DNA of 57,787 bases, filler included, from Bipalium vagum (GCA_037834085.1; 3 parts of 3 records of this genome joined end to end with filler, not necessarily neighbours in it), one strand, 5' to 3'; shown: positions 25,216 through 39,450, counted from the whole stretch's first letter. Numbers and translations are program-made. The notes: generated by a model not told the origin, from the letters alone.

Positions 25216-26689
25216 CCGAGATATCAAAATATAGATATAAAACTTAATCAAGGAGATAATTAATTTTTGTTCATTATCTAAATATTTGATGTTTCGTTTA
25301 AGATATCAATTTTCTATACTAAATGTCAATATATTCTTATAAGATATTAATTTTTCATAAAAATTTAATAATAAATACGCTAAAATTTTATAAAGTACAA
25401 TTTAATCACAGAAACAATTTATAGGAAATGAAAGGGATATGCATTTTATTATATTTAACATTATTCTATACATTATGCAACATTAGATATATTAATAAAT
25501 GAAAGCTTTTAAATTTTTAAACAACTTTGATAATAAATATAAATAAGAGTACAAAAATAAACCATATATTAATATTATTATTTATTTTCATATCTTAATA
25601 AACGGCTATCAGTACAGTATTTTTAGATTGAATTTTATATTAATAATTCAATTTTAAACAAAATATATATGCTATAAACTTTCCCAATTTTCAAGAAAAT
25701 CATTTTTAGAAAACACTCAATTCAATTATGTAATTCCCAAGATTATATTTGGAAATTGCGTTAATTATTGCGTTACAATTAGGTTGAATAGGTTAAATTT
25801 TTATAATTAACAGTTCAAATAAAAAATAAATAATGGTTTATCTAAAAATTTAGCCTGAAAAAGTAGCTCTAAAAAGTCTCGCTTTAAAATAACAAAATCT
25901 CATCCACTTTTATAATTTTTCTGTAAATATGGCATAAGTTCAATATTAAAATTTTGATTTAATAGATATTGCTGAATTTTTAGATATATGTTTATTACTT
26001 GTAATGAAAGTTAAGATTACTGAAAAAAAATAAAATCTGGAAAATATTTATTATTAAAGTACAAACAAAAAAAGGGTTTACTGGGATGGATATTATTGGG
26101 TCACAATCAAAGGTTCCGCATTTTCTCCTTTCTTTTTGTCATCTTCGCATACGTATTCTGACACTGCAACACATCGTTACAACTACCATAATTATCAACG
26201 CTCCTCCGCGCATTCTTATTGTCATAATATGATTATTCGTTTGTTTAACTATCATTTAATCTATCATTTGATTTTTTCCGGTTTAATCCTTTTCTTTTGA
26301 TTCCTTTCCTTACATTCATCATAATAGTTCCTCTTTTCCTGTAATTGATTCCATTTTTTATTATATTGACTGTTATAATTTTGTCTTTCAACTGTATTCT
26401 TTGTATAACTTCAGTTTCTAAGCTACTACCTGATCAGCGTACTCCATTTCAACGCTGTAGTCATACGCATTTAACTACTCATGGTTATTGTATTACTTTC
26501 TGTTTTCTGTGTGCTCGATCTAATAGTAGTTACTCTTTTTATCATTGACAACTCCGTAGTTGTTTTAATCTTTCTACATGTTTTTGGTTTAATCTCCGAT
26601 TCCTCCTCATTCCCTTGTTCATCTGTTATTTCACCATATTATTCTTACTCATATCCTTTCAAGGAAGAGATTTAACTATTATTGAATTT

Positions 26690-27409
26690 CAATAATAGAC
26701 AATCTTAAAACATTCATAGCCAAACTGCAAAACTGGCGAGGTAAAATGGATATATGAAACATGGTAATGTTCAAAAAACTATCCAGTATAATAGAAGAAT
26801 TTAAATGCGAAACCAATGTCCATTAAAAAAAAGAGATCACAAAACACCTTTAATCTCTTGAAAATGAGCTTGTGTATTATTTCCCCGAGTTGACTACGGA
26901 AGAAGCTTTACTAGTACGATATCCATTTTCTGATTCGGTTGATATATCCAGTATTCCTGATGATTTGCAAAATGAATTCTTGGAATATAGGAACGATTCT
27001 GCGGCTCGCCACTTATATGACGAAAATCTGCTGACTCAGTTCTGGTGTTCTATGTATAACTCATATCAAAAAGTCACAATGATGTCTTTTAGAATTTTAC
27101 TTCAATTTGCTTCAATATGTGAGAGTGGATTTTCAACACTTCTGCAATTGAAAAGTAAAGCAAGAAACCGACTCAATGTTAATGCCGAAATGATGTTGGC
27201 ATTAACACAAATCAACCACGTATTTTAAAGCTCGTCAATGAGTTACAATATCAACAGTCTCATTAAGATTTGGTGATTGAATAAATGTTTTGTTATTAAT
27301 AATAAATTATTAGTAAAATTAATTGTTATTGAATTTCATATAGTGGGATCGCCAACATTTGTTTGGTTCAAAAATGGGGTAGCGATACCAAAAAGGTTGG
27401 GAAACCATG
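26690..27409 (+). mobile_element. hAT (Buster/Charlie, ZBED5-like) transposase C-terminal remnant with 3' TIR
   Basis: 'LTQFWCSMYNSYQKV...ILLQFASICESGFSTLLQLKSKARNRLNVNAEMMLAL' is the hAT dimerisation domain. The element ends AAAAAGGTTGGGAAACCATG, a Charlie-type terminus. Confidence 0.85.
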
Positions 27410-28109
27410 TTTTTGACTGAAATATCAAAATACATGTACATGTATTTCACACAAGCAAAATACAAATAAAAATTAAAATCATAAATCAAAATTTCTAAAT
27501 TCAAAAAATTATTCAAAGTTCGATTCAAGTGTTTATATGAATGATTCTTTGACCATTATGGTACCTGTCAAGCTGCATCTTTGCACGATCTCTACAATTG
27601 AATGAATTAAATTTTTTCATAATTAAATTTCAACACAGATCATCATATTGAATAAAAATATTAAAGGCAGAAAAGCATGTTCTTTTAAAATCCTGCAATT
27701 AAAAGAACAGAAGTTGTTCAGTGAAAATACTAAACTTAGACATGCATTTGAGAACGGATATTCAGTAATTGTGATTTTATTAAACTCAAGGAACTTGTAA
27801 AGAATCTTCCTTTTCAGTCAACTTACCAAAATCGGATTTATCGTCGAATAGAGGAATTTGCTATTTCAAAGAAAACTAAAAAGATTACAGGACAGATACC
27901 TACTACGAAACTAATGAATAATCAAGACAAAATTACTCGGAACGGAATTACTACTGGTTGAAACGATTAGATATTAGATTTAATCATCATAACATATGAG
28001 CAAGAAAAGGACTAAATCACCATACATAAAATTTTAATACCAGAATCAGTAAAAGTCTTTTTTTTATTTTATTTACAAAACAACAAAAATTATGTTTTTT
28101 TTCGACTTA

Positions 28110-28760
28110 TTTCTTGCGAGTACTCAAAGCGTCATAAACTCGATGTAATTGATCGGCAACAAGATGACTATCGAGAGCTTTTCCATCTAGAGAAGTTCCC
28201 AATGTACAGGTCCCTCATAATTCCACCAAACATACAACATCACTTTTTTTTCGAAGCAACTTGCTGAGCTGGCTGATCAGCCTGAAGTCAATGCTTTCCT
28301 TCACTGGAAATACAAAAGAAAACCAATTTTTCATCTGCTATAATTACTCTCTTTCAAAACCATAGTATCTGTGGTTATTGATTAATTTGTGAAATGATCG
28401 ACTCGAGGCAAGGCTTGAATATTTGTCAAGTCGTGAAGAACTCGAAATGGATACAAAGCCCGTGTTATCCAGATGGCTCACAATGGTGCTTTGGAAATGG
28501 CTAAGCACCTCTGACAGCTTACGAGTGCTGGTACTAGGCTGCTGCTCTACCAGATCATGAAATGTCTCATTCTTCACCACTAATAGCCGGCTTAGACTTT
28601 CTTGATTTTCAAGACTCATGTTTCCCAATTTGAAGAGACGAAACCTCCATTGGGGTTTGTTTTCCTTGACAAATTCTTACCTTCCACGTCGTATATTTTT
28701 CAGGTACCAGCTGCTGCTGTTAAGCCTTTTTTCAATTTTAAATAATTGAAAAATAATAAA
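28110..28760 (-). mobile_element. mariner transposase remnant
   Basis: Fragments 'DLVEQQPSTSTRKLSEVLSHFQSTIVSHL', 'IIADEK' and 'KKVMLYVWWNYEGPVHWELL'. Confidence 0.8.
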
Positions 28761-30345
28761 AAAAAGACCTGACAATTAATTTAAAACAAGGATGATAATA
28801 AATTTTGTTTTGCATAAATTTTAAGTAAATTGCATTCCATGTGTGTTAATTTTCAGAAACATTGTTGATGAGTACAATGTTTACTTTATCATCTACCAAA
28901 AAGCGCCATTTCAGAAACTAGCGGTTAACAGATAATGGTGATTAATGCGTAACGATGACAACCAAGATATTATGTAACTATTATTCTTCCCAAATTTTTT
29001 TAAAAGCAAAATAAAAAATAAACATAACAATTTCGAATGATTTTTGGAGACTTCAAAATCTTCCTCAACAGAAAGGACAAGTGGCTCAACAACCCAAAGG
29101 ACAAGAGACCCAAATCAGCAACATCAGCAGCGAAACAGTTGATTCAGTCAACAATCATCACTCTATGATAATAATAACAATCCTTTTAAAATTTGTTTGT
29201 GATCATATGACAACACTATACCTTTAACATTTGTTTGTTGTAATATATTCTTTGTTATGATCAATAATTTTTATAATATTCTCTTTACTATTCGTGCGCT
29301 CCCATTTAGTTGTTTTGCAATGGTAAAAAATTTTTGTAAATATATATAAAGAAATTTGTAAATCGTCCTTGATAGTAAAAAGATATGTAAATATGAATAA
29401 AATAATAAATAAATAATTAATAATATATAAATTAATATTTAAAAGTCTAAGAGTCGGATACTGGAACAGTTTATAATAAAACAACAACAAAATACTACTA
29501 TAAATAAAAGCTAGAAATTTTTACAATACAAAAAAGAAAGAAAAAATTTTAAATAGTAATAAATCAAACAAAGAAATTATTGGAAGAAACAACAGAGTTA
29601 CTATTTTAAGAAAAACAAGCAAAGTTAATAATATAATATATTATATATATAATTTTAATAATATAAAAGAAGAGAAAAATCATAAGAAGTTAGAAAAAAT
29701 TATATTTTAAGTTTAACAAATGCCAACAAGTTAATAACAAGTAGAATTTAAATTTAAATCAGCGATTATTAACAAAAATATAAAAATATTCTATGCAAAC
29801 AGTGATTTCTGCCAAAGTTAATGAAAAGGAAGAAGCTTGAACAACCTACACTCTATTTAAAACCAACGATATTTCTATAATCAAGTGGAACGGCTAAAAT
29901 CCACACTCTATAACGATATAGACAACGATAAATATTCTTTTTAAAATAGGCGTGTCTTGTTAGACAAGACACAGTTTGTTAATATTAACTAAGTAAATAC
30001 TCAGACCAGGATCTGAGGATTATATAATTTTTAAATCTCCATTCCTTATGCTTTTTTCTTTTTTTTTATTTCGCATCCTAAGTAAGGCGGTGTATAAATT
30101 GTTTTTTTTTTGCTGAGGACCTCTGAGCATAAGAACGAGAGGATTTTTCATAATAATAATAACCTTAAATAATAATCTAATATATCAATCAGGGACGATA
30201 TCATTGTATTGTAATTTAACACTTTATTTTAATAAAAATAAAAGTTTTAAAAATCAATTCGTTTTTTCAGTAATTTTAAAAAATAATATCGAACAACCAA
30301 TTAAGTAGCCTTCACCGTTAAGACCTAAATAACAATAAGCTCCAC

Positions 30346-30837
30346 CTATTTACATTCCTTTTTAGGATCTTAACAGATTTGTTAATTTTATTAATTTCAT
30401 TAGTACCGGTGGTAGCAGTTATATCAAACATTCTTGATTGATTGAAATAATCCGTTATTTTCTGGTAGGCTTTATTGATATCTGTTTATAATCAGAACTT
30501 TAAGTCATTTTTTGAAGAGATTATTAGTGATAAAACGAATAATATTTTAAAAAATTTTCTCAGACCTGCAAATTTCTTTTTTTTAATTTTAAAAATGTCA
30601 CTCATACTTTTTGAATATTTTAAAATAATCAAAATAAATAATAAAAAAAATTCCCCAGGTCTGATAAGCCTCCTCATAATATTCATTTTCAATCAAAGGT
30701 GGTATAGTATTTGGTTCTGAAGCAATACTTAACAAAATATTATTTTCATTGAAATGATAAAACTTAAACAAAAAAGTACGTAATTTTAAAAAAGTTTAGC
30801 GTTAACAGAAAAAGGTTGTTGATAGAAGTTTAGGCAT
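30346..30837 (-). CDS. possible small secreted-protein gene or pseudogene (needs one frameshift)
   Basis: Spliced reading gives MPKLLSTTF[fs]LLTLNFFKITIASEPNTIPPLIENEYYEEAYQTW...NINKAYQKITDYFNQSRMFDITATTDPKKECK* using GT-AG introns. It requires one extra base in a homopolymer near 30810. Confidence 0.2.
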
Positions 30838-31329
30838 AGAAAGATATAAATCGATGGCGGAAAGATAGAGTAAATAAATACTATTGAGTTGTTCAGTAAG
30901 TCAATGCATGTTTTTGTAGTAGTTTTAGTTTTTTTTGGTGTCAATACATAACATTATACATCAATTTACAATTCATTGTTTATTTACATTAAAAGCAAAA
31001 ATATGAGTACAGTTTGACCCTCATTGTTAGCAGCTATTTCAATAAAGTCACTCAGTTTCAAAAATTTTATTCTTTCAATACAAATAAAAATACTTAAACA
31101 AATTTCCTTAAATTAATTAATTTAAATAAAGTGTCTCTTTTATTATTTTTTAAAAAAGATATTTTAAAATTAAATAATATTTCAAAATTAACTAATACAT
31201 TAAAGTAATGAATATTCATATCGAATTTTAAAAAGGACACTTTATAAAAATTTAAAAATTCAAAAATATGTTTAAATACTCACACTCATTTTTAAACTTT
31301 TCCTGATCTTATAATGTTTCAAAAGTGAA

Positions 31330-31635
31330 AAACTTTGAACCTAAGGCCACGTATGAGTTTGATCACACACCAAAAATCTCTCGAGCCTCGTTGAGATGTT
31401 TTTCACATTCAGCGTACTAGTCCAGACCTTGCACTTTCTGATTTCTATTTGTTTCTCTCCCTGCAAAACTCATTGATTAGTAAAGCTTTTAAAAATGATG
31501 GTTTATCAAAGAGCACCTTGAGAGGTTCTTTGCAGAGAGAATTCTATCTAAGAGAAATGATGAAGCTACTACAGAGATGGCAGTAGGTGATTGATTAAAA
31601 TTGGGAATATATAATAGATTAATGTTGATTTTGTT
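31330..31635 (+). mobile_element. mariner transposase C-terminal remnant
   Basis: Broken frames give 'RPHMSLITHQK', 'HSAY.PDLALSDFYLFLSLQNSL' (YSPDLAPSD motif). Confidence 0.75.
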
Positions 31636-33662
31636 ATATTAAATAAAGGAGCCTAAACTGCTATAAAATGCACTGACTTATTGAAGAAACCCAATAAATC
31701 AAAAGATCATATTGTGTAACTTTCAGGATTACAGGTATATTATTCCACTTTGAAAATTTAACCATTAGATCTTTAAACTCAGGCCAAGAGCACTCTTCTG
31801 TTTATATTTTCGAAACACTAACACACACAGTAATCTGATCACTATTTTTGTACTTTGGTTGGTTTTCAATTACATCAAATATGAAACGATATATATAATG
31901 ACTTGTTCATTGCGACTATTAAACATAAATATTTCGATCAGTAAATTTCACAATACATTTTTATTTGTCTAAAGTGGCAATAATAATTACTATGGAACAA
32001 TTTTGTAATTTTTTAACTTTGTTCTTTTATACTTATTTTAATTTGTACAGAAAAATGTTATAAACAAAGAAATATATGGAGTTATTGTTGACGAAACATT
32101 TCGTTTTTGGAGAAAAACAAAGAAAATCCGCGGAAACATTTAATATCAGTAAAACTACTGCCAATAATTTACCAAAAAAATAAATCTGAATACTTATTGA
32201 GATTTTAAGATGTAAGGATACTAAACCGTATTGGAATAGGTAGAGGTAATTAATAATTTACTGGTGTATAAGGATGAGGAACATATTCCTGGACAAATTA
32301 TTCCAGAAATCTCTCTTAATCTGCTAGTGAATTAGACATTTTTTACTTTGAATACATCGTTTGGAAGCTAGAAAGTTTCAAAAAACATAATATATCCTCA
32401 AATATAATTTGCTGTATGAATTAAATCAATAGTGATAAATCGTAATAACTCTTAATAATTAAATAATCAAAATAAGCACAATAATCTTTATTTTACTCAA
32501 CAAAACACAATAGTCATAAACAAAAATGCAATACCCGCAAATCACAGTAAAACGATGTCTGAATAAAACTTAATATTACAAACAAGATCACTTTCAATGT
32601 CTTTGTATCATCGTTTATTTAATTTAATAATTGATTAATAATAATTAAATAAAAGGATCAAACTTTTAATTAAAAAAAATTAAAAATCAGATTATTACTT
32701 AGAAAGTTAAACGAGAAAATAAAACAAAATAAATGAACAACAGTCAAACGCGGATCTCCGGGTCGTCTATAAATTCCGAAATTCCGAGGGACCCAATGAA
32801 ATATCCTGTTGATATCATCATAGTAAACGAAAGAAACAATCTACTCACTAATAAATGTTGATTTCATAAAAATATTTTGACGATTAACTGTTTTACTTCG
32901 TCAGTCACTAAAAAAAATTCTACCTTATAAAAATTTAGAGGAAGTCCGTTTCCCAACATAACTAAAAATAAAATAATTTTCAGGTCCTAATTGCGAAATG
33001 ACGTCATCTTGAAAATTTTCAAATTTTAATATTTTTCATTATTATTTGAAAGTATGTTAAAATAATTTGTATAAACAAGTTGAAGTTGCCTAATAAAATA
33101 ACAATCAAATAAAAATATACATTCTCAAACGAAGTTACTGTGAAAAATATGGAATATAACACGAATACAATAAGCTTTATAGGAAACTACCGCTGGAACA
33201 ATCGAGTATATTTTTTGTTTTGTAAATTAGTTAAAAGACTGATTGGCAATTTTCTCATTGGAGAAGAATGTGAGCTAACCAAATTGTTTTGAAAGTTGGA
33301 TCCGTGCAAGCAATTTTCTGGGTTTCTTTTATTTCTTTAGAACTGCTGTTCCAAAATTTAATTCAGTACAGACAATACGATTAGTTTTTCATGTATGAAA
33401 TCAATTTCTCAAACCATTTATACTCAGAACCATTTCAATTAAATATAATTTATTGCATAACACAAATTATAAATTATAGGCTGCCAGATATGTTTCTTTA
33501 CTTTCTAAAATGGTATCTTTCCTAAAGTTCTATTTAAAGTTCGTTCAAATGAAAGATTACTAACAATATATCATATTCATCTTTCATAATACAGGGTGCG
33601 CATAAAGTCCTTGGACTTTGTAAACGATTATTTAAAGACGAAAATTCATCAAAAACAAAAAG

Positions 33663-33762
33663 NNNNNNNNNNNNNNNNNNNNNNNNNNNNNNNNNNNNNN
33701 NNNNNNTTAATTAATTAANNNNNNNNNNNNNNNNNNNNNNNNNNNNNNNNNNNNNNNNNNNN
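33663..33762. other. artificial 100-nt contig spacer (44N-TTAATTAATTAA-44N)
   Basis: Same linker structure as 15746-15845. Confidence 0.9.
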
Positions 33763-34299
33763 AGTGGCTGTCGATTAATTTAAAAAATTAAAACAAAAAA
33801 ATTTAATTAGATGCGAAATGCTACAATTTATAAAAACGGTGGGAACTTAGTTGCCAACCTAATATATTAAGTAATATCTATTTTTAATAAATTTTTAACT
33901 ATTTAATTTATTTTTATTTTATATTTTTTTATGTTTCAAATGAAATTTATCTTAATTGGACCAATTCTCAATTTTTAGAAGTCTTTTAATTTAATTTTAA
34001 TATTTAATAATTGTATTAATAATAAAACAATAAAAAATAAGGAAATTATTATTATTCATTATTTAATATAATAATAATAATAAAAATAACCCGAAAATTA
34101 ATATAAATGTTTTTAAAATCAAATAGAATGTCTATTAAGAAAAAAACTTTATAAAGTCAAATAAAGTACTATAGGGCTTTCAAAAATTATGGATACAAAT
34201 ATTGTATTCAACTCTCAACAATATGTGCAAGAAATTGTTGAGACAATATTTATTATGCATTTCTATTTTTGAAATGATTCTATGTTGAACAAGCTTACA

Positions 34300-34720
34300 A
34301 CTACCAAAATTACCTCTACTCACTAACAAAGGTAAGGAGTTCTGAAAACAGAATCCATTGCAATTAATGACCTGGTTTGATAAACAACGGGAAACTCATC
34401 TTAAAGTGAACTAAGTGAAATTTTGAGTAAGTGATACTGACATTCAACAGGACGGTGTGCTGTCTCACAAGGCTAATAAAACCCTACATTGAATCTCTAA
34501 AAGCATTCAGTGGATTACAGTGAATGCACCCAGGCGAATTCTGTAATATTTCTTTTAGTCCATTATAAAGTCAAAAGTCTGTGCAAATTTTATCCATCGA
34601 TTGAAACATTTAAAAGGATCTAATAAATCATGTACAGAAATTCACTTGGATACCATCAACAAGGCCATCGATGACCTCCCGAAGAGACTGAGGGTGTGTT
34701 TCATAAATAGGATTTAAAAA
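34300..34720 (+). mobile_element. Tc1/mariner-superfamily transposase remnant
   Basis: Fragments 'TFQQDGVLSHKANKTL' and 'LDTINKAIDDLPKRLRVC'. Confidence 0.65.
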
Positions 34721-35133
34721 TGTGAACTAATAAAAAAAATTAATTATAAAAATTATTATTATTATTTAAAATAATCAATTATATTGTAGTTATAAAAATA
34801 GTAAAATAGAATCAGACAGGCAAAAATATTTTTCATAATAATTAAAAAATGAAAATTAATCTAAATATAAATTTATATTCATTACCTATTTTTATAATTA
34901 TGATAAAAAATATCTTGTCTGAATTTGAAAAAACCTCCAGAAATAAATCACGATGTTACCGCTGAGAAATTATTTAACAATCACGGAAAGTCAAAATATT
35001 TGAACCAATTCATTACTGAAGGAAAGAAGACTCAGAAAACAAGAGGTAATATTAGAATTCAGTAAGGATATTTTTTGTCTTAAAACAAAATAATTGTAAT
35101 TCCTTTTTGTATTATTTTTATCTGTTACCATTG

Positions 35134-35898
35134 ATGTATCACGAACTGAGTAACATTATAATTTTATTAAAATTATGATATTAACTAAATTATAATAGCA
35201 ACAATTACCAGTTTTAGATATAACACTGAACAACTCACTGAATCGTAGTACACCTTCCTATAATCTTGCTGAACAGTACCGATTCGTTACTCATTTCATT
35301 AATGGTTTTAATTAATAAATTTACCTTGATTAAACAAATACTACAGGTACACTAATAATAAATAAATCAATTTTTGTGTTTTGTATTGTAAATGTTTCTA
35401 TATCTTTCATTGTTTTCTGAAAAATTGTCAGTCTATCGAACTAATTACAATATACCAATCATTATTCTTCAAGTTAACGAATACAACAAATATTCTATTA
35501 AAAAACTAAACAGTTGTGATCAACAGATGATTCATGAATTTCAAAAAGTTTATTACATATCAAAACTTTGTCGGGCCCCCATTTCGTTTAATAAGAGGGC
35601 ATGTCATTATCAGGTTTATGTATTTCTCTTAATTCACAATTTACTTTATATCTCGAACACACATGTCAAGGATCTCATTAATAGGCTCATTTTACTTCTA
35701 ATTTTAAGTTTTTGTAGTTTCTGCATGCTGTTGCAATAGATAGCAATAGTCGATAAAATAATGTGTCTTGCCAACACTGGATTACAATCTAAAACTTTAT
35801 TTTCTGCTCCTATAATTACTCTATTGGATGGAGGTCAAAGTATTTCTCAGCTGCCTGAACTCAATGCTTTTCAGTATATTCAAAAACTTTTTGCTTAA
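35134..35898 (+). CDS. candidate 4-exon gene, about 147 aa, unknown function
   Basis: Exons 35134-35149, 35218-35304, 35432-35613 and 35740-35898 join through GT-AG introns in consistent phase into MYHELNITLNNSLNRSTPSYNLAEQYRFVTHFINVYRTNYNIPIIILQ...ELNAFQYIQKLFA*. An alternative first exon ends at 35045. No family was recognised. Confidence 0.35.
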
Positions 35899-38179
35899 AA
35901 CTCAGTATGTGAAAATCTGTTTTTATCTTCCGACATTTTTAATGAAAATAATGGACAAAAAGAATATTGATAATGATATTGATATTATAATTGCACAAAC
36001 AATTTCATCTAATGGAGCAAAAATTAGAAAAAAAGTTGTTCTTATACTCACAAATATACGGTAATTTAAAATTAAGATCTTAAACTAAAATTTTAAAAGT
36101 AAAAGATTTAAATATATTAAAAGAATTTTTTAAAATATCTATTTAAAGTAGTCATTTTACTTTATAATACGGTTTGATATTATTTTCGAAAAAAATGACT
36201 TATAAATCAATTAATAAAAAATAAATCATTTTAGATTTTAGGTAAAAAATATGCATAAAAAATTAAAAATGATTTTTAAGAGTCACTTAAGTTTAATTCT
36301 CAAAATTGTTTATATAATTAATAACAAATTTGAATTAGTATAAAAGAATATGTTTCTTTTAATATGTCAATTCACATCATTATATGCGGTCAAAAGTTTA
36401 AGTTAATTTACTGAATTTCAGGTATTAATGATTTGTTTTACAATTTACTATTTAAAACGATACCTGATGTAACATTTCGTTTTTGTTAATTTATATTTAA
36501 TAAATACATGATTATAAAATGTGAGAGATTTTTCCTAAAAACTGTTTTAATTTTTTTTGATTGATTTTCATTTAATTACACTTTTTTATTATATTCCATT
36601 ACCGAAATTATTTCAATATTTCCAACTTTGATTTTATCCCTTTTAGTGTCACGAATTAATAAACAGTAAACAATCTTATACAATTTGAATTAATGTGGTT
36701 CCATAGGGTTTAACGATTTTGTAAATTCATAAATGTATTATGACATTATCTTTTTAATATATTATCAAATTATTCTTTAGGTAAATATAAAAACAAAAGG
36801 TTAAAAACAAAATTTTTCCATAGCTTAGAAAATTGTTTTTTATTCCGAAACATTGAATTTTATCAATATTTTATTTCATTAAACCCTAGTTTTGATAGCA
36901 GCGAGAAAGAACATGTGGTTTGCATATTTTATTGTTTATTATTAATATATTTAACATTTGAAATAATTTCTGTTCTAACTCAACAGAAATTATTTTAACA
37001 AAAACAGAGAACTAAATGTTACTTCAAAACACTTAATTCTTTTTGTGAAAATTTTAAAATAATTAATAACAAAAAATAATAAAAGCGATTTAAAAAATAT
37101 TGTCTGTCTCGCTTTTAGGATCACTTTAAACAATTAATTTTTTTAATTAAATGTCATTATAAATCACAAATTTATCAAAACTTTTAAAATATAAATCATT
37201 TTCCTGTACTCATAATTCAGCTTTTATGTGTAAATATAATTGGTCAAATTTCGAAATTATTTTACTAGAAAAAATAAATAAATAATTCACTTTAGGGCTG
37301 AAAATATATCGTTTAAAAATCAGAGAAATAATAATATCAGTTTTTAAAAGGAGTTAATTTTTTAATAGATCATGGAACCACTGTTATGATATTTTTCTCA
37401 AATAAATAAAAAATTTTCTTCTACCTTTAGTTAATAAATATTTGTTTAAATTATAAAATAAAATAATGTTAACTTTTAAAAATAGTTCAAAACATTTTTT
37501 TCTCCTACACTTTTTAAAATATTCATACCTCTTTAATTATTACAATTTTTATAATTTATTGCTCTTTACCATTCCTCCTCCAGACATAAAGATAATATCT
37601 CAACATAAATTTATGACCAGGTTTATGAAAACCATTTCAACTATATAAATATGTAATAATTCCAGAATTCGTATTCTTAACCATAATTAGATAAATTTAG
37701 GACTTTTTAATAGGAAAATAATTTCTGTTCTCCATTTTCCTCAAATTTTCATATAACTGGCTGAATCACTTTATACAAAACTCGTCATATTTGACATATT
37801 AAATTTACTCTTTATTTTTTAACTTCAATTCTGCAGCGCATGTATTGAGTGGAATTCAGTCATCGCTTCACTTTCACTATTTATATTATTTATTTATTTT
37901 CTGGAGGAAATATATTTGAGAAGTACATTTTATGTTATAATTAAATGGTTTATGATGATTGGAAACTTCTAGTGGTTAAAAATTGTAAAATTTATAAAAC
38001 CTTAATCGAGTTTTAAATTCTATTTTCTATTGTAATTTTGTAAAAGTTATTTAAATTTTATTTTGGTTTGGATTATTGGTTTTTGCACGTTTTGTTTGGT
38101 TCGTGTGGGGTTCTTCGGTTATTTATATTAAATTTTATTATGTTATACATTTTTCTCAAACTCGTTTACTGACAGTGCA

Positions 38180-38645
38180 GAAATATTACAGATAATTTTC
38201 TTTTGAATTTGACAGGTCTTCTAAACGAATGAGATTCACAATTTCGTAAGAAATGACATCCATGTCGCTCACTTGTGATCTTTTACTTGTCTCTGAGGCG
38301 TAATTTTTTTGCAGTGGTTGACAACAGTAGTATTTCTTGACTGCGTTGAATAAACCACTGAGTCTTGATAGCTCCATTGAACACCAAATTTTAATGAATA
38401 TATCCTTCCACGTATAAAATCTGATAAATCTGCACCCCTTTTCATGTTATTGCTACCATCCATTTTAAATAAATATTTTATTAGCACAAATTAGAAAATA
38501 TCTTTATTGCTATATATAATTTCATTGGTTGCCCTTCATTTCAGTTAAATAATTGAAACGAATAAAAATAATTTAACAAATGCAATAGTTATGAAAAATA
38601 CGGATTTTAAAGATGTGTACTTTTCATTGTCCACACATGTATTGT
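38180..38645 (-). mobile_element. Tc1-like transposon 5' remnant
   Basis: 'MKRGADLSDFIRGRIYSL...WSY' is a Tc1 HTH start, with a TIR-like end at about 38615-38645. Confidence 0.65.
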
Positions 38646-39079
38646 ATAACAGTTTATATTAAATTTATATATATAATTTATAAACTTATCTAATATTATA
38701 ATTTATAATAATATTTATTATTAGATAAAATAATTTTATTTTCTTAAAAAAATAGCAGAAAACATTAACGATCCACTGGTTTTTATCTCTCCCGTTTGAA
38801 TGTTAATATTTGGTTACCTTTCTTTGATTAATAATGATTCACAGATCTTTCATTCATCATTATTATCAAATTATGGGAAACTTTGATAATAATAAATGAC
38901 ACACTGTCTTCCCTATTTATAGATGACCACATCCATGACATTGGAATTTGTACACGATTTTAGCTTGCAATGGTTTTGGAGTCACTGTTTTGATTTTTTA
39001 AAAATTCTTCGTTTTTGCTATTAGAAATATTACTTTTAGATCTTCATTTATTGTCTGTAATATTTTACTTTTAAAAATC

Positions 39080-39295
39080 ATTATGAGCATTCTCAAAAAA
39101 GTAGAACAAGCAAAGTGTTGGATCATACTGTAGCTGCAAAGACAAGGAAATAAATATGCCAATGAAAATGAGTTTTCTGTAGTAATGATCAACTTTAATA
39201 ACGATGAAGGAAAAAAAATATGCGAATCATTAGTAATTAAAAAACTGAAACCAGAAATTAATTCAAAAAACGGAGAAAGCAGAAATCAATGGATG
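39080..39295 (+). mobile_element. Penelope-like element GIY-YIG endonuclease C-terminal remnant
   Basis: 'EHSQKSRTSKVLDH...NEFSVV...KKICESLVIKKLKPEINS' matches the R..EH / E...I....P.LN pattern of PLE endonucleases. Confidence 0.6.
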
Positions 39296-39450
39296 ATTAA
39301 TGTTTTCCTTAATTAATATTTTAAAAAAATTTTAAAATATTAAAAAATGATATTTTTAAAGTTTTTAGAATTAAAAAATTTTTTTTTACTTTTTTTACTT
39401 TTATCCAATAATAATGTAGATATATAATATATTATTATTATATAATATAA

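Noticed and set aside
29952-29972. Perfect 9-bp hairpin GTGTCTTGT-TAG-ACAAGACAC
   Set aside because: It is short and isolated, and I could not tie it to a Helitron end or any RNA family.
35050-35351. Minus-strand micro-exon chain (CTCSICLIK/EGVLRFSELF...)
   Set aside because: It overlaps a longer, better-supported plus-strand exon chain, and such short AG/GT fits arise by chance in AT-rich DNA.
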